From NCBI GenBank assembly GCA_001179505.1, contig CDMY01000594.1, positions 1 through 46,248 on the forward strand: 46,248 bases of DNA. The letters are read 5' to 3'. The notes under the pieces were generated by a model, which was not told the DNA's origin, did not search any database, and saw only the letters and a program-made list of their open reading frames with translations. Origin of the DNA: Vitrella brassicaformis CCMP3155. Its lineage: Eukaryota > Protista > Chromerida. This document shows, one piece after another, positions 23,811 to 35,900 of the stretch. Both the position numbers and the translations under genes were made by a program. Position 1 is the first letter of the stretch. Each line of letters begins with the position of its first letter.

Positions 23811-25366
23811 ATGGGCCCAATGGAGGCGGGCAGTGAATCATCGGCGGTGGCGCAGCGCGAGGCAGAGCTCGTGCAGAAGCCTCACTACATCCTCCCGGCC
23901 TCAAAACAGTCAGCCGAGAACACAGTCACAGTGCAAGGTTGGCCGCTGAGGCGGCCAGCAGGAGGCGATGCGGGCGATGCGTTTCAACTTAGAGGTAAGC
24001 AGGAGCGACAGAAGGAAGGAGGGCAAGGGCGCTTTCTTTTGCAATGCAAATCATCCCTTTTCCCATTGTGTGAGTGGTTCTGTCTGCAGCGTCCACAGTC
24101 GACCCTCTTTCGCTGGATGTTCTCGGGGACGGCGTGCCAGTGACGGCCCTGGTCGGCAAAGGGGACAGGCTGGGCAAGTCCTGGGATGGATCCAGCAGCC
24201 AAACTACTGTGGGATTTGAGCATCTCATTCTCTCGCTTGACCCGGGCTACTCCTTCCTGCGCCTATCGGTCGGCGGGGTCGGTCCACGAACGTGCCTTAT
24301 GCTGTGTTCGGGATGCCTGTGGCTGTCTGTGTTTGTGCAGGAGCGAGGTGAGTCATCGCGAGAGTGTCGTGTCAAGCATTGGGTGAAAAGTAGCAATGTG
24401 CTGAACGTCGTCAAGGGCACACAGGTGCGGTGCATACGCAACCGGCGGTGGACGATTGACTGACAGGCTAGATTGACCCACTCACTCTTCTTGCTCCCAT
24501 GCTATGCTGTGGGGTGGGTGGCTGTGTCGTGTCAGGCTCTGTCATTGTGTCAAGAACATATGTTTGAGCACCTGTCAATGAACGAACACAACACGCTGGT
24601 CGTCATTCACGGTGGGCCAGGCCATACGCCACCATTCCTGGCTGCTTTGTTGCTTTATAATGTGGCTGTCTGTGTATGTCTGTGGGGTGGGTCCCCCAGG
24701 CAGCGAGCCACTGAGCGGCCCTCCGCCTGTCTGGAGTCTGTGGGTGATCGTGGCGCAGACCGCAAAGCAACTCGCACAGATTGCAACGGGTCAGTGAGTG
24801 AGATAGACAGACAGATGAGCTTGCTGAGGTGTGCTGTGCACAAATTATGGTTGCGTGTGGTGAACTTAGCCATCGAGTCCCTTCGGTTCTGTGCCCCCGC
24901 CCCAGCCGACGAAGAGGAGAGGGCCGCACTCACCATACAGGTCGGTCACAAACCAGCCAAGACATGACCTCCGAAGGCACACAAACAACGACGCCATCTC
25001 TCCCTCTCTGTGCATCAGACCAGGATACGCGCTGCAAGAGCTCTTCAACAGCGGCGCGCTGCACTCATCGACATATCCCTCGACGGCTTCCCAGAGAGCC
25101 TCACGCACTCGACGGGAGGGAACGAGGTGCACCGGCTGCGTCTCACCTTCGGCAGGGGCCAGCCGCCAGACCACCTGGATGTGCCATCGCCCAACCTCAG
25201 CCAAGCCGACATTGACAAGATCACTCAGGACGCCGTCGCCAAATACAACGTACAAAAACCGACAGATCCCGCGGCAAGATGCATCAATCGATCTCTCCCT
25301 TTGCGCAGCTTTCCGTGGTCGATGGATGCCGCATTGCAGCCCACCTGCGCGAAGCTGCTGCCGTGA
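23811..25366 (+). CDS. Hypothetical protein, about 7 exons
   Basis: A phase-consistent GT-AG exon chain can be built: 23811-23994, 24090-~24268, 24341-24424, ~24537-24610, ~24701-24788, ~24870-24940 and ~25019-25366. It reads MGPMEAGSESS...ASTVDPLSLDVLGDG...ALSLCQEHMFEHL...TRIRAARALQQRR...AKLLP*. No family confidently recognised. Confidence 0.6.
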
Positions 25367-25392
25367 GGTGCCTATGGCATGAGGTGCCGAGC

Positions 25393-26193
25393 ATGGCCCC
25401 ACTCGCCGATGCGATCTTTAACGAAAAGGACGATGACCAGACGACTGAGGCAGCGGCACAGTCGGTGTCTGTTGGCTCGCTGGAGAGTCTTAGAAGGGAG
25501 CTGGCATCGTGTGGCCGGCGGCACGAGCGGGACGCATGCCCGCTGACATCGATACTCGCCAGGTGAGCCAGCCAACCAACCACACACAGGACAGGATGTC
25601 ATGTCAGCATATATATCACATCGACGTACCGGTTTGTGTCTGTGTCAAACGATCTCCTTCTTCATGCCAGTACGTTGCTGATGGGTGTGGACATAGAGCT
25701 GGCCCTCGCCTCATTGCAATCTAAGTTCCCCTGCGACTTACCACCCATCGGCGATGACGATGACGACCCAGACGAAACCCATCACACGGCCATCTCCCAA
25801 CCAGCAGCCGGCCACGCGATGGGCACACACCTGGTGTCTGGCGCAGCGGGGGCGATTACCAGCTCAGCTTGGGTGTCTTCTGCCGTCGGCCGACCGCCCG
25901 AGGATGGGGCGACCCATGCGCTGCTCATTGCGGCGCCTTCGCCCGCCAAGCTGCAGGCCGGCACAGGGGCAATCGTGTCTGGCGACCGAGATGGTGACGG
26001 GGACGGAGAGTCGTCGGTGAGCGATGAAGACGACGGGGAGGAGGATGAGTGGGGCGAGGACATCTTCGATGACGATTACTATGATGATGATGATGATGAT
26101 GATGACGATATGGAGAGCGACGAGGCGCATGAGATGCTGGAAGACATGCAGGACCCTTGTCGGGCGTGCGACCCGGGATGCGTGATTGTGTAG
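25393..26193 (+). CDS. Hypothetical acidic protein ending in a CaaX box (CVIV*), 2 exons
   Basis: Exons 25393-25562 and 25671-26193 join in phase 2 (AG|GTGAGC...CAG|T). Asp/Glu tract EEDEWGEDIFDDDYYDDDDDDDDDMESDE. The C-terminus is DPCRACDPGCVIV-stop. Confidence 0.6.
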
Positions 26194-26605
26194 ACAGATA
26201 GACCTGGGGTACTGGATGGATGGATGGTGGATGATTCTAGCTGTAGATGTGTTGATAGCTTGCTGGTAGCCATGGCCGTTGATAGTGTCTGGTTTGGTAT
26301 CCGTATGTATGTATGGCAAGGTGCGGTGCACACCTCGCTGCTCTCTATTGCTGCATGACTATGGCTGTAATGATCGAATGAAGACACCTACCTTCGTGTG
26401 TTTATGTGCTCTCCACCGCTTTATCTTATCTAGTAATCGGTCAATAGTGAGTGCCTCCTTCTGTGTACACTGCACGCGACACCTCCAAATCGCAAACATC
26501 AGAAAATTATGAGGCGTCGGTCCGTCAGCTATGGCTAGTGTCTCATCTATACAAACGTCCCCCGCACCCCTGACACCTCCCCTCTCCCTTCCACATATCA
26601 GTCAG

Positions 26606-27586
26606 CTACATCCTGCTCCGTTTGATGCCGCTGAGCGACATGGTGGGTGAGCCCGCCTCCAGCCCCGCGCCCGCGTCCCTCTTGCGCTTCGGGCTGCCGT
26701 CGAAACCCTCGGCAAACAGCGCCTCTCTCGGCAACAGGGTGACCGTCACGAGGCCCATTTTGCCGGTGGTGGATGGGTGTGGTGGGTTGGCTCCTTTGCC
26801 CTGCAGAGTGGAGGCCGACCGCTTGAGGAGGCCCAGGAGGCCGCTGGGGCCCTGGCAGATGCCGTCGAAGGCCGCGTGCGCCCGGTAGTGGGGCAGCAGC
26901 GTCTGCAACTCCAGCTGAACCAAACCCGCTGCATTCGTACAAACAGGGACAGAGAGAGAGAGAGATGGATGAGATGAGACACACAGAGAGAGATGATGGA
27001 TGGATGGATGTCTCCTCATTCATTTCGCACCGACCGAAGTATGACGTGTACGCCAAATGCCTGACTTTGGCCACCTCGGGCCCCTTGACAGCGCATGCCT
27101 CAGTGAGGATAGGCTCGAACTCGACGACGGTCTTGCCCTTGAAGGGGTCCGCCTTGGCCACCAAGGCCACCGCACACCCGTCTGCCAAACTCTGCAAGGC
27201 CTCGTCCTCTGGCATGTCGATGTGGATGTCGTCCTTGGACAACTCGAAACCCAGGTGGGTGAACTCGCGGTGGGCCCTGACGCGGGAGGTGATGGAGGCG
27301 TCTACGAGCACCGGGGCCCCGTAGGTCAAGAACTGGACAACATAGGGGAAGAGCGCCGGGTCAGCCTCGACGGACAGGGCCTGCGCGGCGTTGTCGGGCA
27401 GCGCCTAAGCGACACAACCGCCAATATGATGCATGCGAGAGCGCAGGTGTGGCTCTTGCGGTGGGATGTACTCACCTGGACCTGCTGCGCCAGTTTTGAG
27501 TTTGGGTACCGCAGGAGGGCCTCTCTTCTCACACGGAACTCGACACCGCATACACTTACACGCACATCTGACGCCGGGGCTGCCAT
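26606..27586 (-). CDS. BTB/POZ (KCTD/T1-like) domain protein, 3 exons, 267 aa
   Basis: Exons 27586-27476, 27404-27035 and 26928-26606 total 804 nt in frame. The N-terminus VRVSVCGVEFRVRREALLRYPNSKLAQ...ADPALFPYVVQFLTYG...AHREFTHLGF matches the BTB pattern. Confidence 0.75.
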
Positions 27587-27671
27587 CGGCCTCCTTATTC
27601 ACGACTTCTCCAACCTTAATGGGGGAAAGACCCTAAGCTCTTGCGAGCTCAGCTGCTTCCACATCCGGATC
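27587..27671. promoter_or_regulatory. Putative 85-bp bidirectional promoter region between the BTB gene and TAPT1
   Basis: Divergent ATGs at 27586 (-) and 27672 (+). Contains TGCGAGCT at 27642-27649. Confidence 0.55.
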
Positions 27672-30600
27672 ATGGACACGGCCACGCTCGGCACGTTGGA
27701 ACCAGGTGCACAGATGAGGCAAGAAGCAACCATTGGTAGTGATGACCGAGTGGAGGACGTCGAGGATCAGTTGTCAGACTCATCGGACGCCTCGAACGCA
27801 TCCGTCGAGAGCTATTACAGCAACCCCGAGGCATATGCAACAGACGAGGTCTTTCACGACGAACCAATGGCATCGGTTGGCTTCGGCCACAGCAGCAGCT
27901 TCGTCAACGTGCCCAGCCTGCCCATATTGCCGCAGATGGTCGCTGCCAGTGCATCTGACGAGTCACGGGCAGGGTCTATCGAGAGTGTTGCGGCTGTTGC
28001 TGCTGCTGCAGTTGGCGGCCGACGGGATGGTTCCAAGAGTGAGGAGAGGGGGAAGGGAGGAGGTGTGGCCGGGCAGAGGCGGCGGGACAAGGCGCAGAGG
28101 AGGAGGCCGCCGCTGCCACCACGGGCTGAGCAAGCGGACCGGTCATCTCTAGCCGCCCGCAGTGAGGCTCAGGATGCAACGGCCAAAGAGGTGGTGCCGG
28201 TCGCCCCTCGACCAAGATCAGCTTACACCCCTTCTGTGTCGTCTTCATCAGCACCAGCACCAGCCCCCGTCTTCCAATTCACAGCCGCCGGCAGCAAAGC
28301 GACAGCAGAAAGCGATGCTGCTGGCGATGAGGGCCCGGCATTGGTCGTCACGCCATCGCCTTCCCTGCTGTCGGCCTCTCCACTGCACGTGAGTGACGGC
28401 GGCCTCCCTTCCCCCTTGGCGGCATCCTCGAACCACTCTGACACGACGGAACTGCACCACAGCCAGGAGGGGACGCCAGTGACGGCCCAGCGTGACCCAA
28501 GCTCAGCCCCGCCGTCCCCGCCTCCAGTGGTGGTGAGGGGACCACCCATGGAAGTCAAGGCTGTGTACTCGACCGACAGTGTGGCCACTGAGGTCCACGT
28601 AGCCACTGTGCAGCAGCCACCTGATGCACAGCCGCTAGACCACCTTCAGCAGCAGACGCAGGCGGGAGGGAGAGAGGAGCTTGGGAGGGAGGACGACGCC
28701 GCAGTGGTGGATCACGTGCATCCTCCTCCTCCTGTGCTGTTCCCATCGAACGGCAGCACGAGTGTGTCGGACACATCAGGGACCGCATCAGGCAGATCGC
28801 CCACGTCTGTCACGCCGCCAGTCTTCACTCTCCCTGCCGGTGAGCGATCCATCCACACCACACAGACACGTTGAGAGGACTGGAGGGAAGTTCTCATTGC
28901 TGCTGCAGATAAGAGCGGCAGCAAGAGGAAGCGTCCGCCGCCGATCATGAAGGGCCCCAAGACGGCCGACGACTCCGTCCACCCAATGCTCCCTCCCCTC
29001 TCCTCGTCCTCACTCGAAGTGCGCTCAGCGGCATCGTCGCCCACCCCTCAACGCCTCGGCCCCTCGTCTGCCTGGGACCCTCACCCCCCAGACGCACCAC
29101 CCCACTCCACACCATCTGCGGCAATCCACCCAGACCTCGGCAGTGCGCGCGACCGGTCCGTCGATGTGTACGTGCGTCACGATGCCCCGCAGCCGCCATG
29201 GATGGCCATTCGTGAGTCCTCCCCTTGCTCACCCAACCGCAGCGGGCCCAGCCCCTCGTCAGACTTGGGTAGGCGGCTGCAAAGGCCGGTGGTGGAGCAC
29301 GTGGACGGCGGAGGTCTCACAGCAGCGACACGTACAGCCCCGGACGACAGGCCGCCCTTCACCCCCTCCAACGCCTCTTCTCGCACCCCTCGGCGCGCGG
29401 ACGATGGCTATGGCCACACGGCGCCCCTCACACCTCCCAGTCAAGCGGCTGGCGCGGCGGCCCACACCACCCCCTCCACCCCTTGGCGCACGGCAGTGCT
29501 GCCCGTGGCCACCACGTCTGACGTCTCGCCCTGCCGCAGCCTCAAGAGGCCTCGCGAGGAGATCTCGCGAGCGAGGGAGGCACGGCCGAGCACAGATGCG
29601 CGGCCACAAGGCGAGATGAAGCCTGATGCGATGCATGTGAGGCGGCATGTGGGCGTCACCGCCGCTGTGGCTGCGTGGCGGCTGCGGACGGTGTGGGAGT
29701 GGTGGCTGCTGCTCAAGTCGCTGGCGGTGTTCTTGGTGGATGAGATATGCAGCGGACAGGGGCCGCCGTGGAGCCCCGGGCGGGTGTTCCCGCAGTGGCT
29801 GACAATACATGTGCGGTCAGCAACGGATGGGGCGGGGGATGGTGGGGAGGGTGGTCATGTGGGTGCTGCCGCGGCCAAGGGCGAGGGCAGTGCGAGGCTG
29901 ACAAGGCCGTCACTGAGCGAGCGCGTACCTCAGAACAACCTGCATCACCTGCAAGCTTTTGCGCTGAAGCTGGAGAAGCTCATGGGCGTGGGCTTCTTGG
30001 TCTGCCTGGACACACTCGTCTACGAACTCACCTTCATGCCCATACAGGTGCACACACTTTCACACACGCACATCACATGCATAGGAACCTAGCCTCGTTT
30101 CATGCCCCTGCTTCCTTTGTCTTTGGTCTGTTGTGTTTGTGTGTCCATCATCAAATCAGGCGTGCCGTGCCTTTGTCAAGATCCTGACTGCATGTTGGTC
30201 GCATGCGCTATCGTCAGTGGAGAGGCTGCTGGACAGCGACCTGGCCTTCCACGGCCGCAGGCACTCGCACGCTCACCCGACCACCAGTGGCGGTGGTGGT
30301 GGTGGTGGTGTGGGTGTGAGTGTGGTGGTGACGGCTCCCGAGGCGTGCGACCTGACTCGGTTTATCGCTTTGGTGCTGAGTGTGTTCATCTTCTCGTATG
30401 TGGACATCTCCCGGATATACCACTACATTCGGGTAGGTATGTCACGTCACACAAACAGACACACGCAGAGGTGTCCATTCATTCATCCATCCCAATCAAT
30501 CAGGGTCAGTCGCTGGTCAAGCTGTATGTGCTGTTCAACATGCTCGAGATCTTCGAGCGCCTCATCCGCAGCCTCGGCAGGGACCTCATCGACTCACTCA

Positions 30601-32301
30601 TGAAGCAAATCACACACCTCACCGAATGCATCCAGCAGCAACACCAGCACACCGAGACTGCCGCTGTCCCTCCCACACCAGCAATGAATGGCCTCAACAA
30701 ACCACCGCCAGCCCCACCCGATGAGCAGCGAGCCGAGCCGGCAGTGGTGAATCAGCTGCCACTTGCGGGTGGGGCAAGGCGGCTGTCCCTGTCGACCACG
30801 CTAGGTGTGTGGTTGGCGGCCGTGTGTGAGCGGCGAGAGGTGCAGTGGGCCAGGAGGGGGCTGCGGGCGGCCGGGCAGCTGCCACTGATGCAGTTCACGG
30901 TTAGCTGACTATTGTGAGATAAAGACATCAGAATGAATGAATGAAGGCCGGAAGGTGTGTGTGTGTGTGTGTGTGGTTGGCGCGGAGCAGCTGGTGCTCT
31001 TATATGTGGTGCTGCACAGCCTGATGCACCTGATCCGTGTGCTGTCGCTCAACGTGGCCATCAACTCCTCCGAGTCAGCCATGTTCCTCATCGTCGTCAC
31101 CAACAACTTCGCAGAAGTCAAATCAACCGTAGGGCAATGCCTGCCTGCCATACCGAAGACGCATCAATTAGCGATCCCCCCCTCTGTGTGTGTGTGTGTG
31201 TTCAGGTGTTCAAGAAGCAGACGGCTCTGTCTCTGTTTGTGATAGCAGCGTCCGACGTGGTGGAGCGGTTCCAGCTGTGCTGCGACGCCTTCCTGGTCTT
31301 CCTGCGGATGTCGACCTCCACACGCAGGCCGGAAGCCTCCTACGGGGACGCACTCAAATGGCTGGTCCGTGTCCGTCAGTCAGTCAGTCAATGAATGCGG
31401 GCTGCGCTGGGCGGCACACATGCAATACAGGCCAGGCACACACCACAGGCGGATGTGATCGGATGTGTGTTGTGTGTAGGTGATAGTGTTTGTGCTGGAG
31501 GTGATGGTCGACTGGGTCAAGCACGCCTTCCTCCTCAAGTTCAACCACATACCGGCTGAGGCCTTCGACCAGTACAGAGAGGCCGTCCTCGCTGACCTAG
31601 TGCTCTCACGCCAAAGGCCACCCGACACCGGTGGTACCACTACCACTACCACAACTGACCCCCCACAGCGGCACCAATATCACTACCAGCAGCAGCACCA
31701 CCACCAGCAGCAGCAGGCGTCTCATCAGCTGGCCCACCGTGGCGCATCTATGGCTGACAAGGACGGCAAGGGCGGTGGTGGTGGTGGCGGTTTCTGTGTG
31801 CCGTGCCAGTCGGTCTACTCATACTCACACATCCCATCACGGTCAGCAGTGACAGACAGAGGGAGGGAGGGAGGGAGGGGTGAGGAACGATACGATTGGG
31901 AGTGTCTCTCTTGCGGTGTCTGTCATTTTGCTTACAGTCGTCTGGGTTTCATGGCTTTGCCGGTGAGCACCCTGATGATCTGGTGTGTGCCGAGAGTGCG
32001 GTGGAGCATACCCCTCGTGTGCCTTGGCGCCACGCTGCTCTTTGTGTGCCTCTTCCTCGTCAAGGTAAACAAGGTGTGTCACATCACACACCCACGTCAC
32101 CTACACTACACCACCCACACAGGCTACATCGCCACGCCATCCGATGGATGGACCCACTTGTCCATATGGTGTGTATGGTGTCTCTATCGTTATGTGTGAT
32201 GTACCGTACAGGTGTTGCTGAGCATCGGTTTGGTTGCGTTTGCGGCCCGTCGGCGGCAGTGGTGCCACCCTGAGGGCCTGGCCAACTACAGCGCTCTCTG
32301 A
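27672..32301 (+). CDS. TAPT1: TAPT1/EMP65/POD1 (DUF747) membrane protein with a long low-complexity N-terminus
   Basis: Conserved blocks LEKLMGVGFLVCLDTLVYELTFMP, DISRIYHYIR|GQSLVKLYVLFNMLEIFERL, LNVAINS...TNNFAEVKST|VFKK, ASDVVERF and EVMVDWVKHAFLLKFN lie across GT-AG-joined exons. Stop TGA at 32299-32301. Confidence 0.92.
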
Positions 32302-32902
32302 AGGAAGCAAGGGACAAGGGATGCATGGATGGGGGAGGGGCATGGAGGGGTGGAGGGAGGCTGACAAAGTAAGTGTTGGCTGCTGCTGCGGTGTGTCCAC
32401 CGTGTGTCTTATCGTCGTAATGCTCCCTCTCTGCAGGTGTGTGTGGATGTATCTCTCTCTCTCTGTGTGTGTGTGTGTGTAGTTGTGAGGGAAGGACAAT
32501 GACAATGACATTGACAATGCTCTGTGTGCATGTGTGTGCAAGTTGAGACCGCTATTATTCCCGTGTGTCAGTGTGCACACACATCCCATACTACATGAGC
32601 CACCCACCATATATGTCAATTTGCCAGTCTGTCAAGCACATTAGTTAGAAGTCGCATCGTACTCGTGCAGCCATGGGCTCATCCAGATCCATCCATCCAT
32701 GTGTTCCACTCGCCAGCGCCACCCCACCGACCCTCGCCGACAAAGAGCTTCACAAAAAGACACACGGTGGGCGACTGACACGACAGGCCAACTCATCAGA
32801 CCACACACGCACCCAACGACCACCAGGTCGGCCAGCCAGCCACAGACACACAGACGGACATGAAGATGCAAATCCACCACCGGCTACGTTTGGTCATTCG
32901 TC

Positions 32903-35900
32903 TCATCTTGGCGCCTCGCTTCGTATGACTGCAGCACCAGCAGCTGCAGCAGCTGCTTGTGAGGGGTGCTGTACACTTGGAGCCCCATCCTCCCGCCCGT
33001 TGGATGCACTGCTCCTCCGACGGCTACGTCGAAACGCGCGACCCAACGCCTACCGACACACAATGCAATGCACCCCATCTATCTCATCGCAATAATTGTA
33101 GAGGCGCTCACTGCTGGTGCCCCTCCCTCCTGCCTCTGCTCACCCTGAAGATTCTACCGATGTGCCGCCGCTGGTGGGGACTGAACACACAGACCACAGC
33201 CACCAATGGAACCCTTCCCTCCCTCCCTCCCCATGCACAGACCACCATCCCATCTCTCGAGTGCCGTGCCGTGCTGGGTGCTGTCGGTCCCTCCCTACCC
33301 TTGTGCATCTTTCGTCCTCCTCTCCGGTGCCGACTGGACGGAGAAGGCGTCCTGGCTGGCGGGGCTGTGGGTGCCTACATCCTCACTGGCCGAGTGGGCG
33401 GGGGAGTGCAGCCCCACCGGCACCTGCAGCCGGTTGGGGTTGAGGCCACCCGGCACAGGAATGGGAAGAGACGACGAGGGGGGAGGGGGCGGGGGGAGAA
33501 GGGGGGCCGCTGATGCCGACTGGTGATCGTCCTCTGGAGGCATCGATATGGCGATGGGCACTGGCACCGGTGGCTGTGGCTCCGCCACCTTGAGTGGTCC
33601 CGCGCTGGCTCGCGCGGCGTACGGGGCCGGGACGACGCTCTTGGTGGGCGGGGGTGGTGACTGTGCTTCGGATGCGGATGCCTGTGGTGTGGGCTGGGGG
33701 TGTTGGAGCATCTCTGAGAAGGAGCCCGCCACGAGCCGTGCGAGGATCTGGTAGAACTCCCAGTGGTCGCCCTTAGTGTGGTAGAATTCCACCAGATACG
33801 GCTGCTCGCGATCGGGATACTGCAGACAGACAGAGGGAGGCAACAGTGGCTGGCCGGATAAGTGGGGTCATGTGTGTGATTCATGTGTTGTTTGTGTGGT
33901 ACCTACCTGGTATATTTCGAGTCTGAATTCTGTGCGGAGCGGTCTGATCCGCGATGGGATGGACACGTGCAGCTGAAAGGGGTTGGGGTCGCTCACACTC
34001 TATGTGAAGCAATACACCATCAACACACACACGCACACACACACACACACACACGAGGCGTGACATACCCGCTGGTGATCTGAATGTGCTTGTTTACCCA
34101 CCCCCTTGAGCTCTCGCGTGAAGACCTCTCGCGCTTTCTGCAGACACATACGACAGACAACGCCCAAGTACACAGACAGAAGACACGCACCCCACACCTG
34201 GGCAGGCAGGCAGGCCTATCCTATCTCTGCTGTCAGTCACATCACATACCTCCACAATCTTCTGCGGCGACTCGCTCGTGGTGAATTGGGCTGCAAAGCA
34301 ACACGCACGCACATCACACATGAGTGTCGCCGCTGTCTTCATCCCCTCAGTCAGCCCCACACTTATTTGTAGCTCACTGTGTCTCCTGAAGTGTTCGGGG
34401 TGGTGCTTCTCGTGTGTGGGCGGTGCAGCGGTGGCCTGCGCCCCTTTGGGCGACACCCGTGGCTTCAGAGACCTGTCCCGCCCAGGGATGCTGCCCCATC
34501 TCGGCCGTTGAGCGCCCTTGGGCGCATTCTTCGACGGAACGGGGTTCTGTGTGTCACAATGACGGGAACCAACACAAACATTGAGCAGAGTGTGCTGTGC
34601 TGTACTGCGCTGTGGTGTGGTGTGGTGTGGTGTGTTGTCTTGTCTTGTTGTTGGTATGGCTTACGTCGATGGCTCTCTGTATGGCGCTGGATGCGGCGCG
34701 GTTGATGAGCTCAAAGGCGGAGACGAACTGCTGGTCCGCCTGAAGAGATGGGGGCACCACACACAACGGACAAAGCGTCTCTGTCTGTGTGTTTCTGCGG
34801 ACATGTGTGCCCGCGCGTGCGCGGCTACCTCGGTTTGGCCGGTGGGCGACTCCTCATAGTCCTCCCACACCTCATCTGCAGCATCACACACGCACACTCG
34901 GTGACACCATCCATCGGCTCCTGCCCCCTCCCTCCCTCTCTCCCTCCCTCCCTCCCTCCCTCCCCACAGACTTACGTTCTTCATTGGCGACGCTCCAAAT
35001 GGAGACCTTCCTGCTGCTCAGTGCCCCCGTGGGCTGCCTCTCCGAGTGGAAGCTTCCACGGGGCTGGGGCTGCCTCTCCGCGTGGAAGACCAGTGGCTCC
35101 GTGCCGGCCATCGACTGGCTGCTCGGCGTGAGGCCGCCGTGGTGGCCCACAGACACAAAGGGCTCCGACGCGCGGGAACGATTGCCCGACCGCAGGACGG
35201 TGCTCTCGGCACGACTCTCGGCGAAGAGTCGGGCCAAACCTGATATATTGGGTGGATGGGATGGGCGGCATGGGAACGTATGTCTGTGTGTCGTGTCGAT
35301 GAGTGAGTACCTTCCTTACCTTCGTGTGTGTCAGTGGGTAGGTCTTTGTTGAACCATTCGTGTTGGCAAATGGTCTCGATGGTGCCCCTCTTGCGCGGGT
35401 CCTGCACGAAGATCTGACCCAGCAAACTCTGAACCAAGCAAGGAAGGAATGGACGATGGACGAGCAAAACAGAGGGAGGGAGGCATGGAATGGCACACAA
35501 AATATATCCTCTGCGTGTGTGTGTGTGTGTGTGTGTGCCCTGCCGACCCGCAGCTGAGAGCTGAAGTGATCCGGGCACTTGTAGGACGCACTGCACCGAC
35601 ACCAAAGCGACCGAGAAGGAAGCATTAGCAGCTCAGCTTCTTCTCCACCGCATTGCATTTATTGTGTGTGCGTACGTGGAGATGTTTCTGAAGAGGTCAG
35701 CGACGGTGTCGGCGTCGAAGGGGAAGTTGCCGGCGACCAGCGTGAAGAGGATCACACCCGCCGCCCACACATCTGCCGGCCGACCGTCCCACGGCTTGCC
35801 ACCAGACAACACCTGCCAGCACATACCAACCCATTCCCCTTGTGTTGTGTGTGTGTATATGTGTGTGCGTGTGTGCTGGCAGACCTCAGGGGCAAGGTAG

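Noticed and set aside
27057-27671. 5' part of the 605-aa ORF 27057-28874 as TAPT1 N-terminus
   Set aside because: It overlaps the BTB gene antisense. The ATG at 27672 is the more plausible start.
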